Shown here piece by piece: positions 37,422 through 45,484 of a DNA stretch of 64,000 bases. A program made the position numbers and the translations under genes. The DNA comes from a virus: IMG/VR virus record IMGVR_UViG_3300049255_000083, positions 13,952-77,951 of that record. One strand, written 5' to 3'. Below the pieces are notes generated by a model. That model did not search any database and was not told the DNA's origin. It saw nothing but the letters and a program-made list of their open reading frames with translations. Position 1 is the stretch's first letter. Every line of letters begins with the position of its first letter.

Positions 37422-37751
37422 TCACGCCTGGGGTGGCGCGGCCTCTGGCGCCGGGGCCTCGGGCGCCTGGCCGTTCGGGACGTTGAGCAAGCTGATCTTG
37501 CCGGTCTGCGGGTCCACCTCGACCGGGACGTTCGGCCCGAGCCCGCGGCTCGAGAGAACGGTCGCGAAGAGCTTGGACCGCTCGTCGTCAAGTCTGCGTA
37601 CTTCCACGAGAACTTTGACCTTCTCCTGCTCGAGGTCGACCATCATTTCCCCGAGCTGGAGGCGGCGGGTCTGGATCTCCCCCATGCGCTTGAGCGTCTG
37701 GGCGTCCACCGGGTCGTTGATCGTGAGCTTCTTCTCGGATTCGGTTCCCAT
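37422..37751 (-). CDS. Small coiled-coil protein, 109 aa
   Basis: RBS GGGAGATG; typical codon usage. Confidence 0.65.
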   Translation of the reverse strand: MGTESEKKLTINDPVDAQTLKRMGEIQTRRLQLGEMMVDLEQEKVKVLVEVRRLDDERSKLFATVLSSRGLGPNVPVEVDPQTGKISLLNVPNGQAPEAPAPEAAPPQA

Positions 37752-37829
37752 TTTTCATCTCCCGCGTTGATCGGCGGTGTGGTGGGCGCTTAGCACCCGT
37801 AGGGCTACGTCTATGAAAGGAATTTTCCC

Positions 37830-38204
37830 ATGCGTTCGACCGTGGAATTCGATTTGGCCGCCTTGCGGATCGCCGTCGACAATGCGACCGAGGGCCGGTA
37901 CTCGGCCCTCCGGCACGAGTGCGGCGCCAGCGGGTGGCAGCCTCGCATGTGGGCACAGACACCGGCGGAAGGGGCTCCCCGAGGGACAACGCGCGTTTTC
38001 TTCATCGGCCTCGACTCTCTCGGCCGAACGCAGTACTTCGATACCGCGCTGATCCCCGACAAGTCCATCGGCAAGAAGATCCAGATCTCCGAGACGGTTC
38101 AGGAAGCGGCTCGAACCGCGCACCGGCTCGAAGCCGGGCTCTCGCGACTCGACGCGGGGCTCGACCACGAGCCTCCGGCGCCCGAGGTTAGAGCGCTGAA
38201 CTAG
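37830..38204 (+). CDS. Hypothetical protein on the plus strand, 124 aa
   Basis: GAAAGGA RBS; fills the gap between minus-strand genes and ends 1 nt from a convergent stop. Confidence 0.65.
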   Translation: MRSTVEFDLAALRIAVDNATEGRYSALRHECGASGWQPRMWAQTPAEGAPRGTTRVFFIGLDSLGRTQYFDTALIPDKSIGKKIQISETVQEAARTAHRLEAGLSRLDAGLDHEPPAPEVRALN

Positions 38205-38205
38205 G

Positions 38206-38715
38206 TCACTCGCCCGCGCCGGCCTCGGACAGGAGCTTCTCGATGTCCTTGGTCGTCTTGCCGAGGTCGGCCACCCAGTCCACGAAGAAGTCGAAGGCGC
38301 CCTTGAGGTACTCCCACGCCTTCACGAGCGCGCCCGAGAGGAAGTCGAGGAGACCCGCCGTGCGCGGGGCCACCGCCGGCGCCTGCTCGGGGCCGGGGAC
38401 GTCCATGCCCTTGTCGAAGCGCTCGATGGCGTTCTTCAGGCTCTCCAGAACGGCCTTTTTGCCGAGGTCCTTCTCGGCCACCATCATCATGAACTGGAAC
38501 TCCTTCTCGAACTCGATGGCGTAGTTCGCGGCCTTGTCCTTCTTCTCAGCCGCCTTCGTCAGCGCTTCGAGCTGTTCCTTGGCCTTGGCGAGTTCCTTCT
38601 CGAACTTCGCCATGTCGCTCTTGGCCTCTTCGAGCCACTTCTGCTTCTGAGCGACGCCCTTCTGGCTCTTGGCCTTCGAGAGACCGTACTCGGGAAGTTG
38701 CTCAAAGTTGGTCAC
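38206..38715 (-). CDS. Coiled-coil protein, 169 aa (probable virion protein)
   Basis: Start reassigned to GTG 38715, overlapping the tnpB stop (GTGA); K/E/A-rich helices. Confidence 0.7.
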   Translation of the reverse strand: MTNFEQLPEYGLSKAKSQKGVAQKQKWLEEAKSDMAKFEKELAKAKEQLEALTKAAEKKDKAANYAIEFEKEFQFMMMVAEKDLGKKAVLESLKNAIERFDKGMDVPGPEQAPAVAPRTAGLLDFLSGALVKAWEYLKGAFDFFVDWVADLGKTTKDIEKLLSEAGAGE

Positions 38716-40127
38716 TGGGCAACCACCTGATTTGAGGCTGTGCCGGACCGTAGAGGTACTCCGGTAGTAAGCCTCCGGCTCGACGGTACGAGCGCGTTCT
38801 GTACTGACTCTCCCAAGGAACTCGTTCGGCAATGTGCCCGAAATCGCTCTCTCAGCAGTGTCTTCACTGCGGACGGGTGATCATCAAGACCAACTTGTTT
38901 GTCCTCGGAACGTCCGAGCAAGTTGATCCCTCCCACCACGTCCGCGTGACTTTTCCTGCCGCATGAGCGGCAGATGAACTTGATCCCTGACCTATTGCTC
39001 CTGGAGACGTAGCCGCAGCTAGGGCATGTCTGGCTTGAGTAGGCGGGGTTGACGACCTCGCAGGGGGCCTTCGTGGCAAGGCTGTGATGCAAAGCTCGAT
39101 AGGCGAAACGCTTGGCCCCCCGGCAGCCGCGAAGGTCGAGATCCTCAACGACGAACACGGCGCTGGGGTGAGCTTCCACGAGCTTGTTTGCACACTCACC
39201 GGCCACTGTCTTGACCAGCCCAGTGAGCTTGGCTTCAAGGTAGTCGAGCCTGGGCGAGTTTTCCTTGAATCCTTGTCGTTGTCGGTTCGCTCGAAGGTTG
39301 CGAACCTTTTGGTACAAGGTGTCGAACTTCGGTTTCAACGAGGCTCCGAGAAGCCTCCCTGACGACGTAGCGGCCATCACGTTGAGGCCAACGTCAATGC
39401 CGATCTTGGGGGCATCCAGATCACGCTCCGGCACTTCCCATTCCTTGCGCTCGACGACCTCGAAGCGCCATCGGCCTTGCTTGGTTTTGCGCGCCAAGAT
39501 GCCTTTTGAGACATCGGCTACGTCTTTGCAGTAGGGACTCGCCGCCAACGGAAGCTGAATCCTGGCCTTCCCCGCCTGTAGATGGGAGAACCCAAGCCAC
39601 CACTGAGTGACCTTCGTGTCCGTTGTCATGCTGAGCACGGCGGTCATCTCGCTCATCCGCATCCCGCAACGGCTGGAGATGCTTGGCGCTCGCCCGACGA
39701 TGACTTCGTCGAGCAACCATGACCAATAGAGATCGAGAGCTTCCTGGGTGACCTTGCCCCCTGGCTTGTCTACAAGGCGCTTACCGATGATATAGAGAGC
39801 TGAACGGGTTGCCTCGTCGATCTCCTGTGCTTTGAACTTCTGCTTGATGAGCGACTTGAGCTTTGCTGTGTACTTCGATGCTGCCCACCCCGAGACGATA
39901 CTGAGGGCGTGATCTCGGACGTTCTTGACGATTTGGCTGGAGAGTGTCTCGCACCCAGGGAAGAACGCCTGCTTCTCCCTGAGCGACACAGTGAACCTGT
40001 GGGTCGCGAGCATCGCTTGGACGCAGACTTCAAGATAGGCTGCATACTCTGCTTGGAGAGCTTCCAAGGCAGCGATCTTCCCTAAATTTGCCTCTGTGTG
40101 CAGGTAGAGAAAGCGGGACTTCTTCAC
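38712..40127 (-). CDS. tnpB: Intact TnpB/Cas12f-like RNA-guided nuclease, 471 aa
   Basis: RuvC D (IGIDVG), E (VVEDL), Zn finger CPSC/CRSC, D (HADVVGGINL); codon usage differs from the flanks. Confidence 0.88.
   Translation of the reverse strand: MKKSRFLYLHTEANLGKIAALEALQAEYAAYLEVCVQAMLATHRFTVSLREKQAFFPGCETLSSQIVKNVRDHALSIVSGWAASKYTAKLKSLIKQKFKAQEIDEATRSALYIIGKRLVDKPGGKVTQEALDLYWSWLLDEVIVGRAPSISSRCGMRMSEMTAVLSMTTDTKVTQWWLGFSHLQAGKARIQLPLAASPYCKDVADVSKGILARKTKQGRWRFEVVERKEWEVPERDLDAPKIGIDVGLNVMAATSSGRLLGASLKPKFDTLYQKVRNLRANRQRQGFKENSPRLDYLEAKLTGLVKTVAGECANKLVEAHPSAVFVVEDLDLRGCRGAKRFAYRALHHSLATKAPCEVVNPAYSSQTCPSCGYVSRSNRSGIKFICRSCGRKSHADVVGGINLLGRSEDKQVGLDDHPSAVKTLLRERFRAHCRTSSLGESVQNALVPSSRRLTTGVPLRSGTASNQVVAQ
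38727..38830 (-). ncRNA. Putative omegaRNA of tnpB element 2
   Basis: Hairpins GCTCG-N6-CGAGC and CCGG-N10-CCGG; loop GAGGCT is complementary to AGCCTC near the 3' end (pseudoknot-like); limits approximate. Confidence 0.5.
38727..40126 (-). mobile_element. Minimal tnpB-only insertion (1400 bp under the TCAG junction model)
   Basis: TCAG at both junctions (40130-40127 and 38730-38727); removal restores one in-frame small ORF. An alternative CAGTGA junction is possible. Confidence 0.6.
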
Positions 40128-40198
40128 TGAGGCGCCTCATCCGAGAGGATGTTGCGGGCGAGGAAGCGGCGGACGATGCTCGTGGCGGCGATGTTCAT
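40124..40198 (-). CDS. Small ORF MNIAATSIVRRFLARNILSDEAPQ (24 aa; 28 aa if the insertion is removed)
   Basis: AGGGA RBS and promoter-like motif upstream; stop overlaps the tnpB GTG. Confidence 0.55.
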   Translation of the reverse strand: MNIAATSIVRRFLARNILSDEAPQ

Positions 40199-40217
40199 GT
40201 CCCTACAGCCGGTGCCG

Positions 40218-40230
40218 TATCAAAGGACTA
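40218..40230 (-). promoter_or_regulatory. Candidate late-promoter motif TAGTCCTTTGATA
   Basis: TCCTTTGATA core identical to the copy at 41958. Confidence 0.5.
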
Positions 40231-40569
40231 CGGGCCGCCCTTCGCGTAGCGAGCCTCGAGAACCCGCAGAAAAAGGGCGAATTCGGCCGGATCGATGCCG
40301 TTCTTGAGGAGCGCCTCGCGCCGGGTGGCCTCGCCCTGGCTGTGCGGGCAGTCGGGCTCGTGGTGATCCGGCCGACCGCCGCACGCGGGACACGGCATGT
40401 AGCTCCGCGCCTTGGCGTTCTCGAGTTTGCTCGCCCGCCTTCGGGCGATGGTGAGGTCACGCGGATTCGGGCGATCGTGCCACGTGGCGCACTTGCGCCT
40501 GTGCCGCTTCATCTGCGCGTAGGTCGCGCACGTGAAACCGCAGAGGCAGGGATGAACGCGCGGCGGCAT
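40228..40569 (-). CDS. Cys/His-rich zinc-finger protein
   Basis: CLCG...HRRKC and CPACG...HHEPDCPH; start uncertain. Confidence 0.55.
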   Translation of the reverse strand: MPPRVHPCLCGFTCATYAQMKRHRRKCATWHDRPNPRDLTIARRRASKLENAKARSYMPCPACGGRPDHHEPDCPHSQGEATRREALLKNGIDPAEFALFLRVLEARYAKGGP

Positions 40570-40648
40570 CGCAAAGACCCACCGACGCAACGTCGATCCT
40601 GATGGCATAGGGGTTCCGCCCGTGGCTATACACCGCGGGCGCCTCAGG

Positions 40649-41551
40649 CTAGAGACCCACGAACTTTCGTGGGGAGAGAACACCACGTCCGGCATAAGGT
40701 CCGAACGCCGACCTGATTCCCGTTCCGTACCTCGGTTGCTGAAGGCCCTTGATGATGTTGACGGTGGCCTTGGCCTTTTCGAGCTGCTTGTCGAACTGCT
40801 CTTGGGCCGATTGAGCCGCCGCCTCGTACTTGCTCGACTTCTCCAAGTTGAGGGACACGCCCCCGATGGAGTAGTCGAACTCGTCCGCGATCCAGTTGAT
40901 CTGGAGAGCGTGTAGCGCGTACCACATCGCTCCCGTAAGCAGGAGCGTCGTCCACTCCCGGCGATAGGCCACCATGGAGTCGACGTTCGCGAACGGAGTC
41001 CGCGGGGGAGCGGCGATGATCTCGTCCAGGCTTCGCTGGATGAACTCGTCGAGTTCGCCGTCCTGCCAGATGTAGCCGAAGACGCGGTTGAACTGCCGCA
41101 CCGTGTCCTCGTGCGCCGGCGGCCGGAAATGATAGTTCCGGTCGGGGTTGTTGTCCCTCAAGAGGATGCGGAGGCGGCGGATGCAGTCCGCCTCTATGGG
41201 GGAGAACGACGTCGCGAGCGACTCCGGTCCGACGATCTGCTTGTCGGTGACCGTGAACTCTTGGAGGACCTGCTGCACGGGGCCGCCCACGAGTTCGCGG
41301 AAGGTCCACCGGATACGGTAGTCGCCGAGGTTCGCGTCGAGCGGGATGATGACGCTCGCGAAATACTCCCCCACGCTCGGGTTGGCCGGCTGCCGACGCG
41401 GCGGACCGAGGAGGGCCTCACGCCCCGTCGTGAAATCGAACAGGGCGTAGCTGATCTCGGCGGCGTTCGAGGGCGAGCCGTTCGAGTTGGTGAGAAAGAT
41501 GTTGAGGTCCCCTCGGCCGAGGGGCTGCCCTCTGAAGAAGTTGACGGCCAC
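40649..41551 (-). CDS. Head-tail adaptor/neck protein (gp13-like) with N-terminal Ig-like domain, 300 aa
   Basis: RRLRILLRD...LLLTGA...FDYSIGGVSLNLEKSSKYE adaptor-type helical domain. Confidence 0.7.
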   Translation of the reverse strand: MAVNFFRGQPLGRGDLNIFLTNSNGSPSNAAEISYALFDFTTGREALLGPPRRQPANPSVGEYFASVIIPLDANLGDYRIRWTFRELVGGPVQQVLQEFTVTDKQIVGPESLATSFSPIEADCIRRLRILLRDNNPDRNYHFRPPAHEDTVRQFNRVFGYIWQDGELDEFIQRSLDEIIAAPPRTPFANVDSMVAYRREWTTLLLTGAMWYALHALQINWIADEFDYSIGGVSLNLEKSSKYEAAAQSAQEQFDKQLEKAKATVNIIKGLQQPRYGTGIRSAFGPYAGRGVLSPRKFVGL

Positions 41552-41554
41552 GGG

Positions 41555-41929
41555 TCACTTCCCGTTCTTCTTCGCCTCGTGACGCTTGAACGCCGAGTTC
41601 GCCGCGAGGAGGTACTTGGCGTCGGAAGCGTGGTGCGGCTCGGCACCCTTGTTCTTCATGTACCAGGCGAGAGCCCAAGGGTTGTCGATCTCCTTGTGCT
41701 TCTTCATGTGCTTCACCGTGCCCTCCCAACCGGGGGGAGCCACCGCTTCCTCTTGCATCTGCGCCTGCTGACCGCCGGGACCGATCTGGATCTTCTCGTC
41801 GCCGTCGGGGTCGCGGATCGTCATCTCCCAATCCGCATGCTGCTCGTGGACGCCGTGCTCGTGGTGCTCGTGCTGTTCGTCGACGGCTTTCTTGAAGCGG
41901 CTCACGACGTTGGCGACGGTCTTGTCCAT
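41555..41929 (-). CDS. His-rich small head-associated protein
   Basis: HEHHEHGVHEQH; DNPWALAWYM. Confidence 0.65.
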   Translation of the reverse strand: MDKTVANVVSRFKKAVDEQHEHHEHGVHEQHADWEMTIRDPDGDEKIQIGPGGQQAQMQEEAVAPPGWEGTVKHMKKHKEIDNPWALAWYMKNKGAEPHHASDAKYLLAANSAFKRHEAKKNGK

Positions 41930-41957
41930 GGCGCAGTACCCTTCAAGGGTGCGCCTC

Positions 41958-41970
41958 TATCAAAGGAACT
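41958..41970 (-). promoter_or_regulatory. Candidate late-promoter motif AGTTCCTTTGATA
   Basis: Copy of the recurring motif. Confidence 0.5.
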
Positions 41971-41971
41971 G

Positions 41972-42973
41972 TCAGAGCCAGCCGTATTTGATGCACCGCC
42001 CCGAGAGCGCGTGGGGGTCTCCAGAAGTCACTTCGTCCACGACCTTGAACGGCTGCTCGACGCACTCCGTGGGTGTCCACCAAGAGCGCTGGTAGCGCCA
42101 CACGCACACCCAATCACCTGGTTGCCCAAGCTCGCCGGCCGTCCCCGTGGCGTAGTAGCGCCCCACCTTGCCTTCGCTCGTGTCCGCAGCGGGCCGCCGA
42201 TTCGGGGGTCCGACGAGCATCCGCTGTCCGCCGGCGACGACCTGGTAGAAGGCGTAGAGCACGACCACGGGGGCGAAGGGATTGCCTGACGTATCGCACA
42301 GATGCAGTTCGAGGTCCCCACGCCCGAGCGTGTAGCCGTAGCGGAACGTCGGGACGACCGGCCTTGGGCAGTACGGGGCCGGGACTTGGATGAGTTGGTA
42401 GGAGGCTGTGAGGAAGCCGTACCCGACCATCGGGAGGGGAAGGCTGTCCCCGAGCGTGCCACGCCCGACGAGGGGCAACGGGCGAGCTGCGAGCGCCTGG
42501 ACGGTGGTGCCGGAAAGACTCCCCGCGCCCGCCAGGACGCCCGCGGCCGTGATGAGTAGGTCGTCCGAGAGGGTGCCCGCCCCGACGACCTGGGCGCCCA
42601 CGATGACCGTTTGGCGGGGTGCGGCCGTGATGCTCCCAGCGCCCTCGAGCGACCCCGAGGTCTCGAGGACCCGCACGGGGCTGGCCGTGATGCCCCCCGA
42701 GCCCGCAAGGGTGCCCGCCCCGAGGAGGATGACCCACGTGGTGAACGTCGAGCTGCCCTCGATGACCGCCTGCGCTCGCCATGCGGCTGTCGGAAAGGCG
42801 CCTACGACGGCGCTCACGTACATGTGGGCTTGCGTCCCCGCGTAGTCCGCCGTCGCGCTTGACGTGAACGAGGCAGTCCCCGTGAGCGGGGCAACACCGG
42901 CCAGTTCGAGGTCGGCGTTCGCCATGACCTGCGAGCTGGCGACGATGATGGCGGTTGCTGCCTGGTCCGGCAC
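41972..42973 (-). CDS. Virion surface protein with G/A/S/T beta repeats and a C-terminal Ig-like domain
   Basis: xGAG(T/S)L repeats; C-domain resembles the N-domain of 40649..41551. Confidence 0.65.
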   Translation of the reverse strand: MPDQAATAIIVASSQVMANADLELAGVAPLTGTASFTSSATADYAGTQAHMYVSAVVGAFPTAAWRAQAVIEGSSTFTTWVILLGAGTLAGSGGITASPVRVLETSGSLEGAGSITAAPRQTVIVGAQVVGAGTLSDDLLITAAGVLAGAGSLSGTTVQALAARPLPLVGRGTLGDSLPLPMVGYGFLTASYQLIQVPAPYCPRPVVPTFRYGYTLGRGDLELHLCDTSGNPFAPVVVLYAFYQVVAGGQRMLVGPPNRRPAADTSEGKVGRYYATGTAGELGQPGDWVCVWRYQRSWWTPTECVEQPFKVVDEVTSGDPHALSGRCIKYGWL

Positions 42974-42990
42974 GGGGACCTACCTCCCCG

Positions 42991-43377
42991 TCAGGTCTCG
43001 GTGGCGATGACTTGTCCGGCCGGGAACTTGAGCTGGTCGTTGACCGCGACGTACCGCGACGACGAGAGGTTGGCGAAGTAGAGCAGGTTGCCGCCCGAGA
43101 TCGCGTCGTAGACCCCGAAGGCCACGACCGTCCCCCAGTCGGCCGTGATCGCGACGGGGAAGATGACGTCCGCCGAGTTCGAGCACTGACCGTTGCTGGG
43201 GGCCGTGAACGTGATGGCCACGCGCACGTAGCCGTTGCCCGCCACCTCGGTCCCTCCACCCGACGGCGTTGGAGCCACGGTGAAGAGGGCCAAGTACGTC
43301 TGGACCGGCGGCGTGTACGGCGTGTTCCTCAGGAAGAGGTTGAGCGCCGTGTTGTCGGCGTAGTAGCTCTTGGGCAT
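42991..43377 (-). CDS. Small beta-sandwich virion/fibre protein
   Basis: YLALFT..P...GTEV.G.GY.R..ITF...SN...I.F; paralogue of 44480..44872. Confidence 0.75.
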   Translation of the reverse strand: MPKSYYADNTALNLFLRNTPYTPPVQTYLALFTVAPTPSGGGTEVAGNGYVRVAITFTAPSNGQCSNSADVIFPVAITADWGTVVAFGVYDAISGGNLLYFANLSSSRYVAVNDQLKFPAGQVIATET

Positions 43378-43413
43378 CTCACCGAGAGCGCGCCGATAAA
43401 GAGAAACGGGGCA

Positions 43414-43812
43414 CTAGCAGTCTGGCTTGAGGAACGACGCTTTGAGACCTTGGTCAACCGTCGGGTTGCCCGTGGTCACGTCGTAGTCCTGGGCCGAGAT
43501 TTGCTGGCCCGCCGGGTACGTGATGATGAGCCGCCAGTAGCCGACCGCGTTGGGGCGCCACCGCACGGAGTAGATGCCGGGGCTTCCCGGCACTTCGAGC
43601 CAGTACACGTGGCCGGAGGCGATCTGCGCGTCCGTGAACCCGGAGCCCGTGACGAGCGGCCAGGGCTGGAGTTGATTGTCGAAGAAGATCTGGCAAACGA
43701 GCTGCGAGGGCGTGAGCCCGGTGACGCGCGTGAAACCGTCCGACTGAAAGAAGTCGGACTGATCATCGACCGTTTGGTTCGCCAGGACGACTCGGCCGCG
43801 CGTCGTGGGCAT
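43414..43812 (-). CDS. Ig-like virion protein, 132 aa
   Basis: EVPGSPGIYSVRWRPNAVGYWRL. Confidence 0.65.
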   Translation of the reverse strand: MPTTRGRVVLANQTVDDQSDFFQSDGFTRVTGLTPSQLVCQIFFDNQLQPWPLVTGSGFTDAQIASGHVYWLEVPGSPGIYSVRWRPNAVGYWRLIITYPAGQQISAQDYDVTTGNPTVDQGLKASFLKPDC

Positions 43813-43815
43813 GGC

Positions 43816-43998
43816 TCAGCCCTTCTTCACTTCGACCTTCGCGGAATCCACCTTCATCTCCCGGGCGGGAGGACGAGGCGGACCCCCGAAAGTCGAGCTG
43901 ATGGGGACGACGATCCCGACGCGGGCATTGGCGTGCAGCCCAATGCGCCCATCGGTCTTCGAGATCCCCGTCATGCGAACTTCGGCTTCGTGGTTCAT
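43816..43998 (-). CDS. Small hypothetical protein, 60 aa
   Basis: ATGA-coupled start at 43998. Confidence 0.45.
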   Translation of the reverse strand: MNHEAEVRMTGISKTDGRIGLHANARVGIVVPISSTFGGPPRPPAREMKVDSAKVEVKKG

Positions 43999-44459
43999 CT
44001 CTTCACGCTGACATGCACCGTCGTCCCAGGCTGCACGGGCGGCTTGGCCGGTTGGATGACAGTGTGTACCGTGGGCGGAGGTTGGGGAACCGATCGAACG
44101 ACCGGGAGGCCGTTGCTCGGCGGGGGCTTGGGCGGAGGGAAGTGGTGCGTGACGGTCGGCGGGAAGACCCCGAAGGCGGAGTCGGCCGAGATCGAGCACT
44201 GGACGTGGTCTTCACCGCCGGCGTTCGCCGAGAACGACGAGGTGGCAGAGATGCTCGACGAAACGCCGCGATGGGCCTCCGCCGTCGCCGAGAACGACGA
44301 GGTGGCAGAGATGCTCGACGAAACGCCGCGATGGGCCTCCGCCGTCGCCGAGAAAGTCGCCGTAACCGCGACCGTGACGGCAGCGATGAACGCCGCCTTC
44401 ACGGATGCGGAGATCGAGGAGTCAGCCGTGATCGAGCAGGTGGCTGCTTGGTCTGCCAT
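43995..44459 (-). CDS. Ser/Ala-rich repeat virion protein, 154 aa
   Basis: Repeated FSATAEAHRGVSSSISATSS; Pro-rich tail. Confidence 0.7.
   Translation of the reverse strand: MADQAATCSITADSSISASVKAAFIAAVTVAVTATFSATAEAHRGVSSSISATSSFSATAEAHRGVSSSISATSSFSANAGGEDHVQCSISADSAFGVFPPTVTHHFPPPKPPPSNGLPVVRSVPQPPPTVHTVIQPAKPPVQPGTTVHVSVKR
44225..44354. repeat. Perfect 60-bp tandem duplication (about 2.2 copies)
   Basis: Consecutive 60-nt lines are identical from 44225 to 44354. Confidence 0.95.
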
Positions 44460-44479
44460 GGGAGGCTACCTCCCTTGGC

Positions 44480-44872
44480 TCACTGCTCGGTGACGCTGAG
44501 GGCCGCAGCAGCGAAGCTGAGGGTGTCGCCCGCGTTCACGGTCTTGGAGACCGCGAGCGAGCCGTAGTACAGCTCGTGGCCGATGCTCACGTCGTCGTAG
44601 ATCGCCGCCTCGACGATCGTGTACGGACCCGACGCAGCACCCGCCCCGAAAAACGCGAGCGTGCCCGTGTTCGAGACCGTGCCGCCGCTCGGAGGGCCGA
44701 ACGTCACCGCCTGGCGCGCGTAGTTCGAGTCCACGACCTCGGTGCCCGGCGTCGTGGGGGTCGAAGCCGTCGTGTTCAGGGCGACGTAGACCGTCGCGGG
44801 CGACGAGTACGCCGTGTTGCGAAGAACGGCGTTGAGCAGAGCCTGGTCGAGGTACTGGGACTTGGCAGCCAT
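44480..44872 (-). CDS. Small beta-sandwich virion/fibre protein (paralogue of 42991..43377)
   Basis: YVALNT...GTEVVDSNYARQAVTF...SNTGTLAF. Confidence 0.75.
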   Translation of the reverse strand: MAAKSQYLDQALLNAVLRNTAYSSPATVYVALNTTASTPTTPGTEVVDSNYARQAVTFGPPSGGTVSNTGTLAFFGAGAASGPYTIVEAAIYDDVSIGHELYYGSLAVSKTVNAGDTLSFAAAALSVTEQ

Positions 44873-44919
44873 CGGTGATCTCTCCTTGGAGGGCGCGCTT
44901 GCAGCTACTCCTCGAGAGC

Positions 44920-44932
44920 TACAAGAGGACTA
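44920..44932 (-). promoter_or_regulatory. Candidate late-promoter motif TAGTCCTCTTGTA
   Basis: Degenerate copy of the recurring motif. Confidence 0.35.
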
Positions 44933-45093
44933 TTCGGGGCCGGGCTCGAAGTCGGACCCATGAGCGGCATTTGCTCGAGCGCCGGCTTGGCAGCCCAGCT
45001 GTACGAGATCGAGCTTGTGTTGTCCTTCTCGCACTTCGGACATCGCTTCTTCATGGGCGCTTACTACACCGCCCGAAAAGCTAATGATTCCAC

Positions 45094-45360
45094 TTATTTG
45101 AGATGGCAGAGAGCCTTGAGAGATTTGATGTTGTAGGCGTATGGGTTCGCAGCGACCTTGCCGCTGTTGTTGAACCACGCGGTCTTCAGCTCTTCGATGT
45201 TCGCGATGGACGTGTCGAACACGAAGTAGACCTTGCCGTTATCGGCATGCCTCTCGGTTCTCCGCATCGGGACACCTGCCGTCTGGAGGTACGCCGCGAA
45301 GTAGAGGTCCGAGGTGCGGATTTCTCCGGCGATCCCGTTCCCGTTAGGGGGTTTTGACAT
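45094..45360 (-). CDS. DUF5659-like small protein
   Basis: TSDLYFAAYL...GKVYFVF pattern. Confidence 0.65.
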   Translation of the reverse strand: MSKPPNGNGIAGEIRTSDLYFAAYLQTAGVPMRRTERHADNGKVYFVFDTSIANIEELKTAWFNNSGKVAANPYAYNIKSLKALCHLK

Positions 45361-45437
45361 CGTTTCATCCTCATCTCGGCGCGGTCAGGAAGCACGCCGT
45401 GGCTCATACGGATCTGGGATTGGGGTTTGGATCTAGG

Positions 45438-45469
45438 CAGCCCCGGCGCTCGCGAGAACGCCGGGGCTG
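45438..45469 (-). terminator. 11-bp GC stem-loop after the 529-aa gene
   Basis: CAGCCCCGGCG-N10-CGCCGGGGCTG; no clear U tract. Confidence 0.5.
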
Positions 45470-45484
45470 AGGAACGCGCGAGAC

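Noticed and set aside
38712-40127. Type V CRISPR effector (Cas12f) locus
   Set aside because: No array or cas1/cas2 nearby, and the 3' end has omegaRNA-like structure, so TnpB is the better call.
38206-40198. The 24-aa ORF and the 169-aa coiled-coil ORF as halves of one gene split by tnpB
   Set aside because: Both junction models (TCAG or CAGTGA) leave a stop codon and a one-base frame offset, so they remain two coupled ORFs.
44900-45056. Small ORFs between 44872 and 45094 (e.g. MKKRCPKCEKD...)
   Set aside because: Two competing short frames with weak codon bias; cannot choose one from sequence alone.
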